DNA from: Podarcis melisellensis
Taxonomy: Eukaryota
DNA: 64,000 bases
Reading direction: 5' to 3' (one strand)
Assembly (NCBI GenBank): GCA_964234715.1
Contig: OZ174275.1
In this document: one piece after another, positions 57,903 through 64,000 of the stretch
How positions within the stretch are numbered: the stretch's first letter is position 1
Layout of the letters: every line of letters starts with the position of its first letter
The notes under the pieces: model-generated
Database searches by the model: none
Told to the model about the DNA's origin: nothing
Seen by the model: only the letters and a program-made list of their open reading frames with translations
Made by a program: the position numbers and the translations under genes

Positions 57903-60900
57903 TCAGAGTTTCAGCTGCTGTTGAAGATCATGAATCGAGGCAGCCGTGGACTGAAGCTCCTGTGCCACAGTACCTTTATCCAACAGTTTGATGACTTCAG
58001 TTACTCCACTGATTCCAAGCACACAAGGCACACTTAAAAATACTTCAGAGTTTATATTGTAACATCCCTAGAAAAGGCAAAACATAGTATTGGGTATATT
58101 AGAATTCCTGGGGCCCACAGGTTAATGTTTCCTCTATTCTAAAAAAGCAAAATCAGATCAGATCCTGTGCTTACCTTCACCATCGTTGATATGGAATGTA
58201 CTTTCCTTTTATCATTCAATATACTGTCTGCCAGATCAGCTATTGACAGACCAACAGACCAGGATTTTTGGCCTCTTCCTTTCAGAACTTCCATGGCTCT
58301 ATATAATAGCAAAAGAATCAGGATTTACAATGCACTTTTTTAGCAAGCAATATGCCCCCTTTATAATCTCCATACGTCACGCTTGTATATCAACAAGCGT
58401 GGTACACATTTTTGTAGTAGCCTTGTTCACATGTTGTGCTACCCAAACTGTCTAAATGTGAACAAGCAAGCGTGAGGGTACTTGTAGTAAAAAAATGCAG
58501 CTGCTTTTCTCCTCCCATGATTGCCCTACTTCCACACTAGCTATGCCATGCAAAACCATGGTTTGTTTGGCTTCATACTGCATCTGAACCCAGACTCATG
58601 GTTTGTCTGCCTCAGACAAAACACAAATGGTAAGCCAAGAACAAACCATCAGAATGCATGTGATGGCTTTCGACCAATCAAAAGGTTACAGCAAAATGGT
58701 TACGTATAGATTACATTTTCATGTCAACAGGTCTTGAGCCAAGCAGAGGCTGACTACATTACTTGTTGCTAATTTTATGACTAGCAGCAAAGCGTGTGTA
58801 AGGAATTTGCCACTCTTGTGTCTGCCCCCTCCCTTATTCATTACTTCAAGGTTTATGAGGTGTTAGCTGTCTAGAGTGGGCTACTTTCTTAGGTACAAGA
58901 CCCTGAGTAAAGTATACGTATTTTAAGAATAGCACTGCTGACAGATAAGACTTCAACTAGAATTTGAGGCCTTTTATACGTAGCCTGATCAAAACGTGTT
59001 CAAGTAAAAATGGGGTTTAATAGGTACGTCATGAAGGTTTCCCTTTCATATCATGTTACTAGGGTGTAAATTAAAATTAAGAATTAGGCTGCACTCCTAT
59101 ATCAATCTATATTGGAATATGTCCCAGTTAACTCAGTGGGACTTACTTCTGATTGCGCTGCCACATGTCTAAGTGCTTTACCTGTTAGCTAAGAGATGCT
59201 GGGCATTTTGATTTGCTATATCTTCATCCTGATGACTTGTCACTGAATTAGAAGCACTCCATGCTGCCACTGAATAGGATAAAATTACAATCCAAGTTTT
59301 TTAAAAAACATTTGCATTTTTATCTCAGGAATAATTTCTCTGTAGAGTGTGTGCTTTCCATTTTGCTTTTTAAGAGACCAATTGTAGGAATTCTATTCAG
59401 AGGAATACATAACTCACAGATGTACAGAAAACACAGAATACGCAATAACCCGTCAGACAAAGAAACTGCATGAGAAGTCAGTGACAAAGCAACCACCACC
59501 GCAATGTAGTGTAAGCATAAAATATAGAATTGGAGAAGCTGTCTCTGGAACAGAACCACAAACTTCTTGTCATGGCTATCCATTAAATAAGTAACAGTAA
59601 TTTAAACTGAAATATCTCCATATACAGTACTTCTATTAAAAAATAATCACAATGTTTTCTGAAATTATCTCCTGATATAAAGTACACATGTGGTACCCTA
59701 AACTGCATAGTAAGCTAAGTAGTAAGTCATCATTTTACCTTTGTTTTCCCCTTGTTCACCAATAATCCAATTATCTTTGCCTCTGATTTGAGCTTTTAAT
59801 AGGTTTGCAATAATGTATTGGAATCTTGCAGAGTCTAGATTACAACCAATCCCGATAACCCGACTTTTAGGAAATCCACTCATCTTCCATGATACATAGG
59901 TCATTATTTCCACTGTACATTTGACAAAAACACATTGAAAAGGGCAAATTAATTTGTATTCAGGTCAAAAAGACATGTTTCCAATCAAGTTATCATTCAT
60001 CTCTTTGGCAGTGGGGTTGATTGGATATCAGTAAATTATTCATTTTAAAAACAACAGCAACATCTCCGACAAATATCATGAAGGATGTTTTAGTAAATTT
60101 GTAATCTTAACCCCACTTTCCTGGAAGTAAGCCCATTTAATATAACAGTACTTATTTCTGAGGAGACATGGTTTTGACTGTGCATTATTTTGCACAGCTT
60201 AAATATAATTAAATATATCACTAAACTTGGTTAACAGAATCACACTCTACAACATTTGGTTCTGGTAAAGTGAATTTCTGCTGGTTATTATTCGTTTCCA
60301 ACAAAACATGATGAGAAGCTTTTGAAGGAATGGGTTTCCAAAACCCAAAAACTGACTGTGCAGGCAGTTTTTAAACTGCACCAAAATCCCCATTTCTCCT
60401 TAGCTAAAATGCATAAACTTCAGCCATTGAGCAAATGCAAAACAAGAACACAGCTCTCTCTCTTATCAGTTTGACGGCAAGACTGGCCTTGACTCTACCA
60501 GTAGAACAGACACAGACATATCTTATGTTCTGACCACAAATGATGCAGAGACCCAAGTCTGGGACTAACGCCAGAGCATGTTCTCGGAAGTAGTGACCTC
60601 TTGTTCCAAGATAGGAGTAGGAACAGGAATATCCTTTTATGGTCAGGAGTGCAGGAAGGAAATCCCTTTTAAGGTTAAGAGTGCCAGAGCAGGAACATAT
60701 GTGATGTCAACCCGCGTACATAGGCTGATGTGGTTGGGCTCTGAGGGGAGGAGGGAGAGGGTGCCTGGAGGATATAAATACTGCATGAAACTTGTCATTT
60801 CTTTGGACTTGCTGTGGACTTGATCACGCAAGTGCCTTCTGCTATCCGGAGAGCAGAATAAACTCTTTCTTTGAACCAACTCATTTTGAGTTCCTTCCTC

Positions 60901-63686
60901 CTGTCCTGGAGCAACGCAGACCCAATCGGTGAACTCCAATAAGGCTACACTTTGATCTTTCAGAATCACTGGTTTCTTCACCGGCACCTCTCAGAATTTA
61001 TGTCCCAAGAAGCATGTTTGCTCAAAAGGAAGACCTACTGATTTTGTGAGACTTTTCCTGGTGCTTTGGGGTTAAGTAATGAGATTAACTATGCCGCATC
61101 AAAACATGCTTGTATACAAATATTTGCAATCACAAAACCATAGAACTGTAGAGTTGGAAGTGACCCTGAGGGTCATCTAGTCGACACCCCCCTGCAAATC
61201 TCAACTAGATCATACATTACAGGTGGCCACCCAACCTCTGCTTAAAAACCTCCAAGGAAGGAGAGTTGACCACCTCTCATAGGAGTGTGTTCCACTGTCG
61301 GACAGCGTTTACTGTCATAAAGGTCTTCCTGATGTTCAGTCAGAATCTCATTTCTTGAAGCTTGAATCATGGAAGTACTAGTTTTCCTGTTACTCACTTC
61401 TCTAAAGGAAAATGTCAAAAGACTTATTCCATATGTGTGTCAAGATATACACAACACACAAAAGGAAACTTTCTGGCCCAGTTTTCTACATTGTCACAAT
61501 ACTTGACCACAAGAGAGCAAACAGAGAACACCCTGAAGTCTCTGCAAAGAAATAGGTTTATTAAGTATGAGAATATTCCTGACAAAGCATGTTATATCCA
61601 GGGAGCAATAAATCATAAAAAGGTAAGCGCTGCCATACCTGGTTGAGAAGCCACAAGCAGTACACTTTGTTGGCTATAATGTGCTACTGAAGGAATGATG
61701 CCTCTGAACAGTTCAACATTGCTCTGTACAACATCCAGATAGGATTGAGCGTTGCCTAAAGAATTCACTGTTAGCACCACCAGCTTTGAGCCTGCTGAGG
61801 CGGAAAAATCTAAGAACACAAAGAAAGAATTTCTGCACACGTCAAGGTGAGAGTATAAGACCTATTTCATTATTATTTTGTAAGTCCATGAACTGGACAG
61901 GTAAACTTTTGTTTTATTTAAAGATACAGGGTCGTATCCAACGCTGTGCATGTGGAGTTCAACTTGTGCAATGGGACTCCCCCTTCCTTTTCCTTTCCTT
62001 TCCTTTCCTTTCCTTTCCTCTCCTCTCCTCTCCTCTCCTCACATGCCCTCAGAACCTGCTCCAAAGGTTCTTCCGACCCAGAGGATGCAAGAGGTGCTGC
62101 AGAGGAGAAGACAGGAAAGTTCTAGTGTGCAAGCAGAAGTCTGCTGTGTTAGCAGAACAGAAGCGTTGGATACGACCCATACGAGTGTAAAAGGTGTCGC
62201 TAATTAAGCACTGTGCCACAACTTTCTCAGGCATATAGTGTGTGTATACACACACACCTACATATATACACACATGTACATCTCCTGCCTTTCTTTCATC
62301 ATGGAACCCATCTGTACACATGGTCTCCCCATCCAGGCTCTGGCTACACTCAAACTTCCTTAGCTTCATCACATGGTGCCTTCATGTGCTTTCAGAGGTT
62401 ATTGCTACGGGTGAAATGCCCTTACCAACGATTCCAAGAATTACTTAGAAAATTCACTTGAAGTATATTGGGGGGGGGGGGGGACGACCACCACACACAT
62501 CTCAGAAGCCAACACAATACCTCTGCTGATTTCCACATTAGGCAAGGCAAAGATTTCCAGGTCCATAGCTGCTCCTTTCATTGTACCTTCTGAGCAGTCC
62601 AAGACAACCACTCTGTCAGCAACACCCTGGTACAAATTGAAAGCAAAGAAGTAATTATTCAGTGGAGAGAAGATAGTATGGCATTCTGAAAGGGTTTAAT
62701 ACAACTCTGATTTATTTCTTTAAATGCTGACATACAATCCTATTTTCTACATAAGCTGCTGTTAAATGTGAGACAACAGCTATTCTCTCCCATCACACCA
62801 GTCATCTGTTTGAATCAAGCTGCCACCACTAGAGACAATGTGCCTCTGAATCCCAATTGCTGGGAATCAAAAGTGGGAAGAGTGCTGCTCCGCTTCGATC
62901 CTGCTTTCAGGTTTCCCATAGTCATGGGCCTTTGGCTTTATCCAGCAGCCAGACTCTCCTGAAGATGGTCAGGCATAATTCGGCAGGCATTAAACATGCA
63001 CTGAAATCCCTTCCATAGAAATCAGTAGGATGCCAGGATCATGACAAAATACCTGGAGATTCACAGAGCGATCTAAACCTCACCAGGGCAGCCGGTGAGT
63101 GGCAGATCCATGCTGAAAGCAACTGTGCTAGTAGCTTTCCAGCTGCTTATATTAGCCTGCTAAAAATCCATACAGGCTGCATTCTGTTGGTGCTATTGGA
63201 AAATACACAGTTTAAGACAGCATGTGCCAACTAAAAGCTATGGTTACCATGTGCTGAGAAGTTATGCAAATAGACCCTCAATGCACAGTCCTTTGCAAGC
63301 TTACTCAGAAATGCATCCCACTCTGTTCAACAGGCCTGCTCTAAAGTAAATGCGTATGGCACCTACTTCAGAATAAAGACACACAAGATAGCACCATGTA
63401 ATTGCTTAGGCAATCCATCGGTTCCAATCCTAATTTAAACCTACTTCATGGGGAAGAGAGCACTAGTTGTTTGTTCCTAGTTATTTTCAATAATAATTAT
63501 TTTATCTCAGTTTGGAATCACTACAGAAGCAATCACAGTGGTCATTTCACGTAAACTATATATATACCTTTGCTGTAATAGCCAGTGCACAAGCAAGGCC
63601 CAGATCGCCTGCTCCAATCACTGTAACTTTGTTAAATCCTCCATCATTTTTCTTTCCCTCTCCCTTGGACTGAATGTTGTCTTCAC
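57903..63686 (-). CDS. UEVLD: UEV and lactate/malate dehydrogenase domain-containing protein, LDH-like C-terminal seven exons (5' part lies right of window)
   Basis: Minus-strand exons 63568-63686, 62521-62626, 61639-61809, 59739-59912, 59182-59269, 58175-58298, 57903-58067, all GT-AG and in frame. Motifs [65 protein letters not shown], ends [10 protein letters not shown]. Confidence 0.95.
60323..60949 (+). mobile_element. Solo LTR of an endogenous retrovirus (ERV1-like), antisense within a UEVLD intron
   Basis: TG...CA ends (TGAAGG...CTACA), 4-bp TSD CTTT at 60319-60322 and 60950-60953, TATAAA 60773-60778, AATAAA 60857-60862. Confidence 0.7.
61140..61368 (-). mobile_element. CR1 LINE 3' end
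   Basis: catagaactgtagagttggaag...ggtcatctagtc...aacctctgcttaaaaacctccaaggaaggagag...gttccactgtc...ttcctgatgttcagtcagaatctc. Confidence 0.85.
61929..62178. mobile_element. MITE with 17-bp perfect TIRs (PIF/Harbinger-like), containing a (CCTTT)n(CCTCT)n microsatellite
   Basis: GGGTCGTATCCAACGCT / AGCGTTGGATACGACCC; flanks aca / ata; pyrimidine repeat at 61981-62040. Confidence 0.75.
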
Positions 63687-64000
63687 CTAAAATAACAGAT
63701 AGTCATTAATATAAACAAATGCGCTCAACTTGGGAAGTTGCATGGAAAATGACTGGATCTAATGGAACAAACTAACCAAAAAAGGTTTAACTGGAAACTA
63801 TGGTGGTCTGTGGAGGACAAAGACATATTGTACAGCCTTCTTCATATGAATGCTAACTTCAAACCGAAGAAGAGCCCTGTTGCATCAGACCAAAAGTTCA
63901 GCCATTTCTCACAATAGCCAGCCAGATGCTTCAGGGATAATGGGAGGATGATAGCCATCTCTTGCTATTGTTCCTCAATGACGGCTGTTTATCAATGACT

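Overview
Vertebrate genomic DNA from a squamate, most likely a lacertid lizard (judged from the Sauria-SINE variant and the His-rich sauropsid LDH-A N-terminus). It carries the conserved block GTF2H1 (last two exons, +), LDHA (complete, +, 332 aa), TSG101 (complete, -, 393 aa) and UEVLD (last seven exons, -). All exons were placed by hand from GT-AG boundaries and reading-frame continuity. Introns and intergenic DNA hold Sauria and other tRNA SINEs, hAT/mariner/Harbinger-like MITEs, CR1/L2/Penelope fragments and an ERV-type solo LTR. The main unexpected feature is an intact ~190-codon SGNH/GDSL-hydrolase-fold ORF, of the kind carried by DIRS/Ngaro retrotransposons, inside TSG101 intron 7 on the TSG101 strand. 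It has its own NAGNAG splice acceptor in exactly the phase left by TSG101 exon 7. This predicts an alternative TSG101 isoform (UEV + Pro-rich region + catalytically altered SGNH domain) that lacks the ESCRT-I assembly region. Also notable: a perfect 80-bp inverted repeat in LDHA intron 1, and a UEVLD exon/phase pattern that mirrors neighbouring LDHA. No database searches were run; family names rest on motif recognition.
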